A stretch of 64,000 nt of DNA, from positions 119,550-183,549 of the forward strand of contig CAJXMG010000001.1 in assembly GCA_913056395.1 (NCBI GenBank), given 5' to 3'. The DNA comes from an uncultured bacterium. Its GTDB lineage: Bacteria > Planctomycetota > UBA8108 > UBA1146. The notes beneath the pieces are model-generated. The model searched no databases. It had not been told where the DNA came from and saw only the letters and a list, made by a program, of their open reading frames with translations. Made by a program: the position numbers and the translations under genes. Below are positions 51,505 to 61,116 of the stretch, piece after piece. The first letter of the stretch is position 1; each line of letters opens with the position of its first letter.

Positions 51505-52525
51505 AAACAGGGATTGCGAAAACATTCGTCACTTGATTTCTCTGGAACTCGATAGCGAGATCCATGATCAGCAAAGAGTTCAATTAGATGCGCATCTTGA
51601 TGACTGCAAGGAGTGCAGAGAGTGGGAGCGTTTGCTTCAATCAGGGTTGGAAAACATCGACACCGATTTCAGTGAGGTTTCCGGTGAACTGGATGATCTG
51701 CTTCGGGAAAACCTGAAAACCTCTGATCTCTCTGATCCGAAACCTGAAGACACGGAGTCCCGCCATGGAGGTGGAGTTGCGGCCTCCAGGCTCTCTTTGG
51801 TCTTAATGTTGATTGCTTTGACAGTGATCGGTTACCTCATGCGATCTGAAACGCCCACAGATCGATACCCAGTGACAGCTGAAATCTCGGGAATGTCGCT
51901 CATTGAAAGCCAGGGAGAGGTCAAAAATATCTCAGGGAGCGAGATGGCTTCGCTTTCATTTCAGGTTGGTGAAACGCTGACCTGCAATGAAGGGAGTGCA
52001 CGCCTGCTTGACGACAACGGATTTGAGGCTGAGGTTTCATTTGAATCGGTTGTTACGTTGAGATCACCTCGGGAATTCCGGATTCATCGGGGTGAGGTAC
52101 GCTTCACACTGAATCCGGGGGAGGGCAGGCTGAAAGTCAGCACTGAGGAAGTGGATGTTTCAGTGGTGGGGACAGAGTTTATTGTCCGCCGATGGGACAA
52201 AGTAGGGAGAACCGAAGTTTTTGTGCTGGCTGGAGAGGTCATGGTTCAGTGGGGTAAGCGAATTCCATTACCGGTCAGGGCAGATGAATGGGTAGAAGTT
52301 TCAGGCAGAGGGTTCATGTTTCACTCCAGTCGAGAACCGGTTTTGACCCCTTCTGGAGATCCGATTTCCCGCCCAGATGCAGGTATCGGTGGAGAGCAAC
52401 CTGATAGCGAGAGACTCTTTAGGGATATTCCAAAGAGAAGTGTTGTAGACGAGAGTGATCAAAAACCACTCGACATGCCTTTACGGCAACCGAAGGAGTC
52501 GAACCCGGATGGAGAAGATGGTTGA
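51497..52525 (+). CDS. Anti-sigma factor (zinc-finger N-terminus, TM, FecR-like C-terminal domain)
   Basis: ATG overlaps the sigma stop by 8 nt. HxxxCxxC zinc anti-sigma motif (HLDDCKECREW). TM (LSLVLMLIALTVIGYL). FecR-like beta region. Confidence 0.65.
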   Translation: MVENRDCENIRHLISLELDSEIHDQQRVQLDAHLDDCKECREWERLLQSGLENIDTDFSEVSGELDDLLRENLKTSDLSDPKPEDTESRHGGGVAASRLSLVLMLIALTVIGYLMRSETPTDRYPVTAEISGMSLIESQGEVKNISGSEMASLSFQVGETLTCNEGSARLLDDNGFEAEVSFESVVTLRSPREFRIHRGEVRFTLNPGEGRLKVSTEEVDVSVVGTEFIVRRWDKVGRTEVFVLAGEVMVQWGKRIPLPVRADEWVEVSGRGFMFHSSREPVLTPSGDPISRPDAGIGGEQPDSERLFRDIPKRSVVDESDQKPLDMPLRQPKESNPDGEDG

Positions 52526-52531
52526 AGCAGA

Positions 52532-53452
52532 TCAATTCGACTTCAGGGAGATATCCGTCGACTTCTTGAGTTCATACACACGACCATTGATCAGTCGCAC
52601 ATGGCGATCCTGATAAGTCCACTGTTCAATCATTTGTTGATCTATTCGAACCCAGTCTACCTTTTGTGGGTCTCCCCAAGCAGATCGTACAGACTTTCTC
52701 TGGCTACCAATTCCTACGGGAGTGTTTATGGATTTTCTTGAGGTCTTTTTGAGCATTTCGTTCAAGCCGTGCCTAGTCTGATTTAACAGATTCGATCTAA
52801 TTTCCGAGATAAACCCATGGGGTGTTGCAACCAGACCAAGGCTTTTTGCTAAATCACTAGAGGATATCCAAGTTGAATTAAAGGGGTGCAATCCAGCAAG
52901 GGAAGCCGCCTTTTCAATTTTAGACACCTCGATCAAACTCGATAATTCTGGTGAACCAGAAAAGAAATCGCCACCCAGTCTTAACCATTCAGCTTGATGA
53001 TCCGAGGATCCCGTACGAAGAGACTTCCACAATTCCCATCTTTCAGAAGAGTTGGATTCTCTGACCAGGAATCTGTCAATAGCACTGACAAGATTCACGT
53101 CCGAGTTAGCGAGAGCTTTCTCCCTGGCTACCATTTGTTCTTCTATCACCACGGAGATGGGGACTTCTCCGAGGTAATCAACAATCTCGAGTTGGTCCCC
53201 ATGATTCAATAATCGTACATTCAGACATGAATCCTGATTTTGATCACTGATTCGTGGTATTTGGATCTTATGGGAGACGAGTACCTCTTGCTTGATACCT
53301 GAGATACGAACGGAATTTCCTACACGCTCTAATAATCGGGTATACACCTTTGCATGAGGGGGAGAGAAGTGGTTTATCTGATCACTGACACACTGGTTTT
53401 CAGGTTGTGCAGCAAACCCTAAGGTTACGAGAAGTGTGAATTGTAAAAACAT
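52532..53452 (-). CDS. Secreted hypothetical protein
   Basis: Signal peptide (MFLQFTLLVTLGFAAQP). Lower GC than flanking DNA. Its start is adjacent to the stop of the upstream 976-aa gene. Confidence 0.45.
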   Translation of the reverse strand: MFLQFTLLVTLGFAAQPENQCVSDQINHFSPPHAKVYTRLLERVGNSVRISGIKQEVLVSHKIQIPRISDQNQDSCLNVRLLNHGDQLEIVDYLGEVPISVVIEEQMVAREKALANSDVNLVSAIDRFLVRESNSSERWELWKSLRTGSSDHQAEWLRLGGDFFSGSPELSSLIEVSKIEKAASLAGLHPFNSTWISSSDLAKSLGLVATPHGFISEIRSNLLNQTRHGLNEMLKKTSRKSINTPVGIGSQRKSVRSAWGDPQKVDWVRIDQQMIEQWTYQDRHVRLINGRVYELKKSTDISLKSN

Positions 53453-56382
53453 TAATTCTGCTCCTTCACAACACAGAGTGTTCCATCTGATAGACTGACC
53501 AGGATTTTCCCTGAATCGATTACACTCATATCATTCGCTTGTGCACCAAGAGCTACTTCTCCCATTAAATTACCGACAAGGTCAAATAATCGTAAAATAC
53601 CATCTTCACCAGCAACCCAAGCAAGGTTGGTATTTGTTGAGTGTCTAAGAGGGGAGCATGTACTCGAGATAGAGAGTGGATTTTCCTGGAAATCTTGCCC
53701 AGTCACATGGACCCAGCCTTTTGATGAATTGTAGAAGGTGATGTCATTAAATGATCTCGGTGTCGATTTGGGTGTCGGAAGGTCTTTGATTTTTCCATTA
53801 AACCAATTGTTTTCATCTCGGAACAACTTGCTGACCTCTGTCAGAGTGCTGTAGTGGTCTGCAGGGATCACGTAGGGAGACGATAAGACTTCTCCCAAAC
53901 TTGTGAAGTGCTGGCAATTTCTCATAGAGTCTATGGCAATGATTTCGCTTGAATCGACTTCAATGAGAGAAGCGATTGGAGCAGGCATTTTCTGAGTATG
54001 AATCCGTCTACCCTTAGAATTATGAAAGTAGATGTTTCCGTTTGCATCGCCGAGGACCCACCTGTTATCGCCAGAAGGGGTAGCGCTGGTCCACGGGGCA
54101 TCATTGAGCGAGCCAATTGGTTTAGATTTTCCATTTCGAGAAAACACAACTGGTTTGCCAGCAAGTGGCAATGCCAAAATCTCTTTGTCTGACATGAAAA
54201 GTTTAGGTGCAGGATGTCCCTCTATACCTACAGAATAGGTTTGTTCAGCATGTAAGAGATCTTTACTCAATCGGGTGACTTTTCCATTCCTGTCAGAGGT
54301 GAAAATCCAATCCCCGATTACTGCTAAGTGCTCTGCAGAATCCGCGACCTTCATGGTTTGATCGGGGCTCCTTACAAGTGAGACCAATAAATGTGGAACC
54401 GTGTCTGCCGTTACTTTTATTTTTCTTGATCGGCAACCTTTTTTCTCAAGTATGACTTCCGAATACTCATGATCAGAAAGTGTTAGGATCAATGGGCTTT
54501 TACCCAACTGATTGCCCATACTGTCAAGAATTCTTGCACCCGCGGGTATGCTTTCGATTACTACGGGGTAACGAACCATGTTAACGAGGTCACTTGGAAG
54601 TGTCTTTAGATCAAGTTCTGCGATGTCGTCGACTAACGCCCTTGCTTTCAGAGGCTGCCCCTCTTTAAGCAGTTGGTTTGCTTTTGAAATGGCCGTTTCC
54701 ACCTTATGCCTAAGACTCTGACGCTGAAAGCGGGCTTCTTCCCTGGCTCTATGTAGGTTGTCTTTTTCAGAAGTGATCTCATTGGAGATCAACTTACGCA
54801 TTCTAATAGCATTTTCAGAGCCACTTCTCGCTGAAAGAGTCCATGGGTGGATTTGATTAACTCGTTCATAAGCTTCTGCAGCAGTGATGTACTGGTGGAT
54901 TGCATTTGCGTCTTTTTCGATTTGCTTGGCTGCTACGAGCATCCCTCTGGCTCTCCATTCGGAAGAGATAAAATAAATCAAAACAATACAAAGCAGTGAC
55001 CCTACTGAAATCGTAGCGACTTTTTTTCTTTGCTTGTTTGCTTCTATCTCATTCTGTCTCTGGAGAATTTCTTCAAGCGTCTTATCATCCAAGCCCTGAT
55101 CAGGGCTCAGAGACCTGAGTACTTTTTCTGCTCTAAGTGCAATCTCTGGGGATTCTTTCTGTGATAATGCGATCGCTTTTCTAAGGCAATCTTGAGCTTC
55201 GGGTGATTTGGTTTTGTAAAGGGCTTCCCCTAGTTGGAGCCAATACGCCGCTTCTTTACCTCGAAGATCTTCCGCTTCTTTGAGAACAGTCGTCAATTTT
55301 TGATAGTCGCCGTTCTTTCGTAAAGCTTTGCAAAGATCTTCATGGATTTGAGGGAGCTTTTTTGTGGGAATGGCGTCGCGGATTTGCCAGCAGGTCAATA
55401 AATCTTCAATTTGACCTGTTGTTAGAATCAATAAGCGCTGTAACTTCTTCCAAGCTTCTTTCTTTTCACCTTTGGCTAGTAAGAGCGAGACTATTTTTCT
55501 TAGAAAATCAGTCTGAATTTCTGGGTTCGCATGTCCTGCGCAATCACTCGCCTCTTCAAGCAAATCCATCGATACGTCAGAGTTTTGTACTTCCAGCAGA
55601 GTTTCATAAAGCGCCAAGGCTGACTGTGGAATTTCAGAGGCTCGATCTCTTGCCCTACGAATCATCTCATTCGTATCAGCTTCTCGTATGATTTTTTCCT
55701 CGAGAAATCTGTAAACTACCATGCACGTGTCAAACTTCGTGAGGGGGGATGACTCGAGAATCTCCTCAAGAGTACTTTTTCCATCAACCAGCTTGTAGAT
55801 TGCATGGTTCTCTGCAGGTTGTGGGGCTCCTTCAACTGGAATAAGAATCCACTTAAAGTTCTTTATTCTTTGGCGAATCACTGTCCATTCATCTGCCTGG
55901 CGAAGGCCTTCGATGATGACACTCATTGGGTCAACTTGAATCCGTGTGACGTGAGACGCATCGTCTTCATTCGTTGACTTCAATTGTTCTGGAAAAAATT
56001 CAAAGTTTCCTTTTGTCCATAAAAAAAGATCGAATAGTTCTTCTTCGATTTTTTTTCTTAATGCTTTTTCAAGGGCTTTCTCTTCAATGAAGCCTCGGTC
56101 TATCAATGCACGCCCGAGCAGGATTCCTGTTTCCTCATGATCCTTACCAGCCTGTTCGAGTTCCTCAGCTGAGACGAGACCTTCTCTGAGTAAAATGCTT
56201 CTCAAGCGGAGTTGTCTCGAAGATCCGGTTCGCACAAGAGTAATGTGTCCGGTTTCGAAAACTATCGACACCTTTTCGTCATCACGACAAATCTCAAGAG
56301 TTCCTGAACGAGCCCCTTGTGAAAGTGTCTGCAGGAGTTCCTGCAGTCCGAAGTGCTCAAGGTGTCCTTTTAAGATGCTCAT
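53452..56382 (-). CDS. Large multidomain protein: DUF4388, MshEN-like motif, TPR-like helical region, TM, C-terminal beta-propeller
   Basis: N-terminal DUF4388-like region (LKGHLEHFGLQELLQTLSQGARSGTLEI...). MshEN-like LRLRSILLREGLVSAEELEQA plus ILLGRALIDRGFIEEKALEKAL. One TM (VATISVGSLLCIVLIYFISS). C-terminal repeated propeller blades. Lower GC than flanking DNA. Confidence 0.6.
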   Translation of the reverse strand: MSILKGHLEHFGLQELLQTLSQGARSGTLEICRDDEKVSIVFETGHITLVRTGSSRQLRLRSILLREGLVSAEELEQAGKDHEETGILLGRALIDRGFIEEKALEKALRKKIEEELFDLFLWTKGNFEFFPEQLKSTNEDDASHVTRIQVDPMSVIIEGLRQADEWTVIRQRIKNFKWILIPVEGAPQPAENHAIYKLVDGKSTLEEILESSPLTKFDTCMVVYRFLEEKIIREADTNEMIRRARDRASEIPQSALALYETLLEVQNSDVSMDLLEEASDCAGHANPEIQTDFLRKIVSLLLAKGEKKEAWKKLQRLLILTTGQIEDLLTCWQIRDAIPTKKLPQIHEDLCKALRKNGDYQKLTTVLKEAEDLRGKEAAYWLQLGEALYKTKSPEAQDCLRKAIALSQKESPEIALRAEKVLRSLSPDQGLDDKTLEEILQRQNEIEANKQRKKVATISVGSLLCIVLIYFISSEWRARGMLVAAKQIEKDANAIHQYITAAEAYERVNQIHPWTLSARSGSENAIRMRKLISNEITSEKDNLHRAREEARFQRQSLRHKVETAISKANQLLKEGQPLKARALVDDIAELDLKTLPSDLVNMVRYPVVIESIPAGARILDSMGNQLGKSPLILTLSDHEYSEVILEKKGCRSRKIKVTADTVPHLLVSLVRSPDQTMKVADSAEHLAVIGDWIFTSDRNGKVTRLSKDLLHAEQTYSVGIEGHPAPKLFMSDKEILALPLAGKPVVFSRNGKSKPIGSLNDAPWTSATPSGDNRWVLGDANGNIYFHNSKGRRIHTQKMPAPIASLIEVDSSEIIAIDSMRNCQHFTSLGEVLSSPYVIPADHYSTLTEVSKLFRDENNWFNGKIKDLPTPKSTPRSFNDITFYNSSKGWVHVTGQDFQENPLSISSTCSPLRHSTNTNLAWVAGEDGILRLFDLVGNLMGEVALGAQANDMSVIDSGKILVSLSDGTLCVVKEQN

Positions 56383-56497
56383 CTTTCAACTTCCGTTTTG
56401 GTACCGCTGGTACTCTTATCTGGAGGTCGAAAGGTGCTGTATCCCATCTGTATCAGAACGGGTAGCATCTTCAGTAGACCTCGAATAAGGATACAAA

Positions 56498-57706
56498 ATG
56501 GATGCCAGATCAACCAACTGGGGATTTAACAGTGAGAATGGGAGATGTCATTATAATGCCTCTCCGGGCCTCTACGTGCATGTCCCGTTTTGCCGCAGCA
56601 GGTGTACTTATTGTGATTTCCACGTGGCAGCTATGCGCCCGACAGTGATGGTTGACTATATTGAGGCTTTGAAATCCGAAATCGATCAAGTCGCAAATTC
56701 TGGCTTCATTCCGAAAACGATCTTTATAGGAGGCGGCACTCCTAGTGCTCTTCCCCAAGAACAATGGATTCAGCTCCTGGAAGCTCTTGCAGAGTCATTT
56801 TCCGATTCATTAGTGGAATGGACCATCGAGGCGAATCCGGAGTCGATCAATCCCCAAAAAATTAAAGCGGCATTACAAGCTGGCGTGGATCGATTCAGTA
56901 CCGGTGCACAGACCTTTTCAGAGAAGGGGCTTTCCTTGATGGGGCGCAGGCATAATGCGCAGAGGGTTGTGGAAGTACACCGGTGGTTTGAAGAGTTAGG
57001 AGTTCCTCGAACTAGCCTGGACATTATTGTGGGTTGGCCCGGACAAGATCTGGAGTCTATCGATAATGACCTTGCTGCAGTTGAGCGGATTGATCCGGAC
57101 CACATTAGTCTCTATCACCTTAGTTATGAATCAGGCACTTGGTTGCACGCAATGCGGGAACGAGGTGGGTTGAAGCCATTGCTGGACGATACCTGTATAA
57201 AATTCTCCAATGCTTTTCTCAGTGGTTTGAGATTGCAAGGCTATCGGCGATATGAAGTTTCTAATTTGGAGAAGCGGGGAGGTGTCTCCTGGCACAACCT
57301 GAATTATTGGCAACGGGGTGAGTATTGGGGGATTGGAAGTGGAGCTGCTTCATTTATTGAAGGACAAAGGTGGAAAAACAAGCCTGACGTGGGGGCTTAT
57401 ATCGCAGCTGGTGGTTCACCTGAGCGGATAGACCTCGAAAAGTCTGGTGAATTGGACATTGTCGTTGAGTTGATCATGTTGCAGTTGAGATTGTCCTCCG
57501 GTTTAGACCTCAATCATTTTCGGAATCTGACGAAACACCAGTTTAAGGATCTCTGCAAAGGGAGTTTGCGTAACTTCACTGAAAAGGGTTTTCTTACAGA
57601 GGAAGCGGGCTATGTGCGCGCGACTCAAAGGGGATTCGACGTTCTCGATTCGATGATCCTGCAGTTTGTGGAAGATGCCGAAAAGAGATTGAATGCGCGA
57701 ACGTGA
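56498..57706 (+). CDS. hemW: Radical SAM heme chaperone HemW / HemN-like
   Basis: CxxxCxxC radical SAM motif (FCRSRCTYCDF). HemN-like C-terminal domain. ~400 aa. Confidence 0.75.
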   Translation: MDARSTNWGFNSENGRCHYNASPGLYVHVPFCRSRCTYCDFHVAAMRPTVMVDYIEALKSEIDQVANSGFIPKTIFIGGGTPSALPQEQWIQLLEALAESFSDSLVEWTIEANPESINPQKIKAALQAGVDRFSTGAQTFSEKGLSLMGRRHNAQRVVEVHRWFEELGVPRTSLDIIVGWPGQDLESIDNDLAAVERIDPDHISLYHLSYESGTWLHAMRERGGLKPLLDDTCIKFSNAFLSGLRLQGYRRYEVSNLEKRGGVSWHNLNYWQRGEYWGIGSGAASFIEGQRWKNKPDVGAYIAAGGSPERIDLEKSGELDIVVELIMLQLRLSSGLDLNHFRNLTKHQFKDLCKGSLRNFTEKGFLTEEAGYVRATQRGFDVLDSMILQFVEDAEKRLNART

Positions 57707-58238
57707 TATTCCGTTGGTGGAAATCAGCCTTGCGGTGAGATTTCTGAGGCAACGCGATTGGCTCGACAGCGAAGTCCTGGACCGCTTGCTGGCTCTCCGA
57801 GAGTCCAGAAGCGGACTGAACGGATTATTGGGGGTGATTCAGGAAGAGGCCCTTCTCTGTTCAGATAGAATTGAATCGCTGGTCAAGAGAGTCCGAAATC
57901 AAATGCGCCGAATCCATGCTGAGTTGCCCGAAACACGGGTTTTCGACGGAAGGTTTGGCCGAATCGCCCTTTCTGCAGGTTGGATCTCCCACCAAGACTT
58001 GGAAAATGCCCTTTTGGAGCAATCCCGATTGAGGCGAATCGGCCTCAAATTTCGATTGGGTGAAATTTTATTCAAAATGGGCCTTCTCAGTCGTCAGCAG
58101 GTTGAGTCGGTTCTCGAGCAGCAAGGTCAGCGATCCAAAACATGCCCAGGTTGCCAATCTGTAGCGCCATTCACGGCAGAAATCTGTCATTGCGGGCAAA
58201 TTTTGCAGTCTGCTCCACTTCTGTGCCCTGTCGTCTAA
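57693..58238 (+). CDS. MshEN-like domain protein with C-terminal Cys4 zinc ribbon
   Basis: RFGRIALSAGWISHQDLENALLEQ and RLGEILFKMGLLSRQQVESVLEQQ both fit RLGxxLxxxGxLxxxxLxxxLxxQ. C-terminus reads CPGCQ...CHCGQ. Overlaps the hemW stop by 14 nt. Confidence 0.5.
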   Translation: MRERDIPLVEISLAVRFLRQRDWLDSEVLDRLLALRESRSGLNGLLGVIQEEALLCSDRIESLVKRVRNQMRRIHAELPETRVFDGRFGRIALSAGWISHQDLENALLEQSRLRRIGLKFRLGEILFKMGLLSRQQVESVLEQQGQRSKTCPGCQSVAPFTAEICHCGQILQSAPLLCPVV

Positions 58239-58358
58239 GGACCTGGTACTCATTTTTGGCAGTGATCGCCATTTGCCAGTTTTGGACTTCCCATCCTAGT
58301 CTTCTATGAGGTACCAGCACCGACTGTGCTGGAAATGCGTGACAGGTAGGGGAAACAG

Positions 58359-58949
58359 ATGAAGGACGAAAATTTGAAGTCCAATCCTGAAGAATCCTCC
58401 GCAAACAGCGGAGAATTGCCGGAAGTGAAGGCGGTCCCAGTGGATTCTCCTCCGCAACCGAAAATTATCTCTCATGAAGAGCTCAATGAAGATGACGTCA
58501 TCGTCTATCTGGACGACGACATTGAAGTCTGCAATCCGGAAAACAACCCGGACCTGCTCTCCCATCGCCCAGGTGAGGAAGACGTGCTGACCGAGTTTGA
58601 GAGACTTCCCGAAGTTCAGGCTGAGCTGGTTGAGGATATTCCAGAAGTTTTGAGCGTGGATGACGTCACCGCTCTGGTTTCGGAAGAGGTCGATACAGAT
58701 TGGTCAGAGTTCTTTGCTGATCATGCACTTGTTTTAGAGAGAGCTAGGGATTTTGTTAGCGAGCATCGAAAATGGTTTGCCGGTGCGGCTGCAGTACTCT
58801 TGCTGGTTGTTGTTGCGACTCTTTTCCCAGGTGGAAGTGATTCAAAAGGAGCTTCCGCCACCTCGGAAGTCAATGCTACGGCAGAAGCCTACGATCAGTG
58901 GGTCGATCAGGCATTGAGTGGCCACCTGTCCGAGATCGGAGAATTCTAA
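58359..58949 (+). CDS. Acidic hypothetical protein with C-terminal TM
   Basis: Asp/Glu-rich with a single TM (FAGAAAVLLLVVVATLF). Its stop overlaps the next start as TAATG. Confidence 0.4.
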   Translation: MKDENLKSNPEESSANSGELPEVKAVPVDSPPQPKIISHEELNEDDVIVYLDDDIEVCNPENNPDLLSHRPGEEDVLTEFERLPEVQAELVEDIPEVLSVDDVTALVSEEVDTDWSEFFADHALVLERARDFVSEHRKWFAGAAAVLLLVVVATLFPGGSDSKGASATSEVNATAEAYDQWVDQALSGHLSEIGEF

Positions 58950-59812
58950 TGCTCAGAGCACTGACCATAATCATGACAGTCTGCCTGATTCTTACGCCAG
59001 GTTTGGTTCAATCAGGAACAATCGTTCTTAAAAATGGACACGTCATCAACGGTAAAGTCATCGTTAGTGACGATGAAAAAGTGATCATGAGTTGGGGTAA
59101 TGGCAGAACGACCATTTACCACCGGTTTATAGAGTCGGTTTCTTTGACGGAAGAAGAGAAACTCGCCGTCCGAAAATACAACACCGCTAAGTCGGATTCT
59201 GTTTCAAGAGAGGTGACAGAGGCGATCCAGTTGCCAGAGTTCAGTGAACTTCATGGTGAAGTTGGTGTTGAAGTAGTGGCGAATGAAGACGAACTCGATT
59301 CTAGCTCCAGTGAAGATGGAACTGAATTTGATGAAGTTGCGACCTCTTCAGAAGTGGAAAATTTCTCAATACCGCTTCTCGAGCAAAGAAACTTTCCCAG
59401 ATTTGGACTTTCCCTGAATATACCTGATTCATGGACTGTTCAAGAGTTCAAGGATTCTCTCAGCATTCGCTCTGATTGTGGGGGAGTACTGTTGGCTCTG
59501 GATCGTTACCAAGGTGGGACTCTGTCTGCTGGCAGGGCAGCGGTTGGACTTCAGGGAATGTTGAACGACCAGGGATTTCAGCAGGTGCAAAATGGTTTAA
59601 GCGAATTCATGGGGAATTTAGACGCAGGTTTTCAAGTGGAAAGTCTTTCGCCAGGTCAAAACCACCATTCGGTTCATGCCCTCGTGAGTCATGAATCGGG
59701 TGAGAATCAGCAACTTTTTTCACTCTACAGGTCGCTGAGCTGTCAGGATGAAACACGCCATGTATTAGAATCTGTAATGGAATCAATGGAGTTTGTCCGC
59801 CTGAACCCCTGA
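58949..59812 (+). CDS. Secreted hypothetical protein
   Basis: Signal peptide (MLRALTIIMTVCLILTPGLVQSG) followed by IVLKNGHVINGKVI, the same motif seen in the 46676-48469 protein. Followed by a strong terminator. Confidence 0.5.
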   Translation: MLRALTIIMTVCLILTPGLVQSGTIVLKNGHVINGKVIVSDDEKVIMSWGNGRTTIYHRFIESVSLTEEEKLAVRKYNTAKSDSVSREVTEAIQLPEFSELHGEVGVEVVANEDELDSSSSEDGTEFDEVATSSEVENFSIPLLEQRNFPRFGLSLNIPDSWTVQEFKDSLSIRSDCGGVLLALDRYQGGTLSAGRAAVGLQGMLNDQGFQQVQNGLSEFMGNLDAGFQVESLSPGQNHHSVHALVSHESGENQQLFSLYRSLSCQDETRHVLESVMESMEFVRLNP

Positions 59813-59840
59813 TCAAAATCTTTCTAGTCATGAGCAAAAG

Positions 59841-59878
59841 AAGTGCAGAGCGAGAATTCGCTCTGCACTTTTTTTTTG
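59841..59878 (+). terminator. Rho-independent terminator
   Basis: AAGTGCAGAGCGA-gaat-TCGCTCTGCACTT followed by a run of 9 T. Confidence 0.8.
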
Positions 59879-60507
59879 TAGTTGGCTGAAAAAAAAGTTG
59901 AACTGACAGAAAATATCCCGTTACCATATTCCCAAGGTTAGGGGAAAGCGGAGACGAGGTGGCCGGAAGGGGATCCGGTGATCGGCCTGAAGAGGGCAGT
60001 TTCCGAAACAGCGAAGATCTACTAGGCACAAAAAATTGGTTTCATGCCGGTTGATAGGTCGTTGTTCCGAACTTTCTTTTGCAGGCTGGGTACACCTGTT
60101 TCTTTTCGAACGACTTGGGTTAAGTCGTCTCGGTTTTCCACTGGTTTGAGTTGCTGTAACTTTTGAGCAGATCTTGTGCCCTTTGCAATGGTGAAATCCT
60201 TGCGAATCGCTATGGGTGCTCAAATGTTGTGCCGCTGTGATTGTGGTTCTAGGGATGGCAAATCCAGTGCACGGTTGTTTTCGGATGAGTTTTGAAAATC
60301 CGAAGATGCGATGGTGACTCGTTGGGGGAATTAAGGGGTGAAAGATGTTCCTTGCATCTTTAACGCCTTTTCCGTCATACTCTTGGAGATTTCTATCGGC
60401 GAGCGGTCCTGGGCAGTGGTTGTCCTGTTCCCGTTCACCGATCGCTCCCTCGGAGGGGAGCGGATGCATCAGGGTTGAGGGGCACTGCCCCCGATAGGAG
60501 TTGGCTC

Positions 60508-60870
60508 ATGGCCAAGAAGAAAGCGGCGAAGAAAAAGGTCGCCAAAAAGAAGGCAGCTAAGAAAAAAGTTGCCAAGAAGAAGGTAGCGAAGAAGAAGGCC
60601 GCCAAGAAAAAGGTGGCGAAGAAGAAGACTGCCAAGAAAAAGGTAGCGAAGAAGAAGACTGCCAAGAAGAAGGCGGCGAAGAAGAAGACTGCCAAGAAAA
60701 AGGTAGCGAAGAAGAAGACGGCGAAGAAGAAGACTGCCAAGAAGAAGACGGCGAAGAAGAAGACCGCCAAGAAGAAGACGGCGAAAAAGAAAGTAGCCAA
60801 GAAGAAGGCGAAGAAAAAGGTCGCCAAGAAGAAGACTGCCAAGAAGAAAACCGCACGTAGAAAAAAGTAG
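60508..60870 (+). CDS. Histone H1-like lysine/alanine-rich DNA-binding protein
   Basis: [25 protein letters not shown]..., ~120 aa of (A/V/T)AKKK repeats. AGGAG RBS 8 nt upstream. The DNA is an imperfect 12/24-nt tandem repeat (gccaagaagaag...). Confidence 0.7.
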   Translation: MAKKKAAKKKVAKKKAAKKKVAKKKVAKKKAAKKKVAKKKTAKKKVAKKKTAKKKAAKKKTAKKKVAKKKTAKKKTAKKKTAKKKTAKKKTAKKKVAKKKAKKKVAKKKTAKKKTARRKK

Positions 60871-61039
60871 CGGCGCCTTCAGGTCAGTCACGCCCGTGGC
60901 GAAAGGGAACCCAGCGTTCCAGGTCTACACCTGATACGAGTCCCAAGTACAGTTACTGGGACTGAGAATGCGAGGATCCCGGCTGAAGCCGGGCGTACCC
61001 TGGGGGCGAATCTTCCCCCTGCTTTCTCCGGGGCAACTT

Positions 61040-61082
61040 GCGCGGAGATACGGAATCATTTCCGTATCTCCGCGCTTTTTTT
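61040..61082 (+). terminator. Rho-independent terminator
   Basis: GCGCGGAGATACGGAA-tca-TTCCGTATCTCCGCGC, a perfect 16-bp stem, followed by TTTTTTTT. Confidence 0.85.
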
Positions 61083-61116
61083 ATGAAATGAAACCCTAAA
61101 CGGTTTGTTTTGATCG

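Noticed and set aside
60435-60891. Minus-strand ORFs encoding FFLA or LLLR repeats
   Set aside because: They are antisense readings of the KKA-repeat gene. Only the plus frame has an RBS and start.
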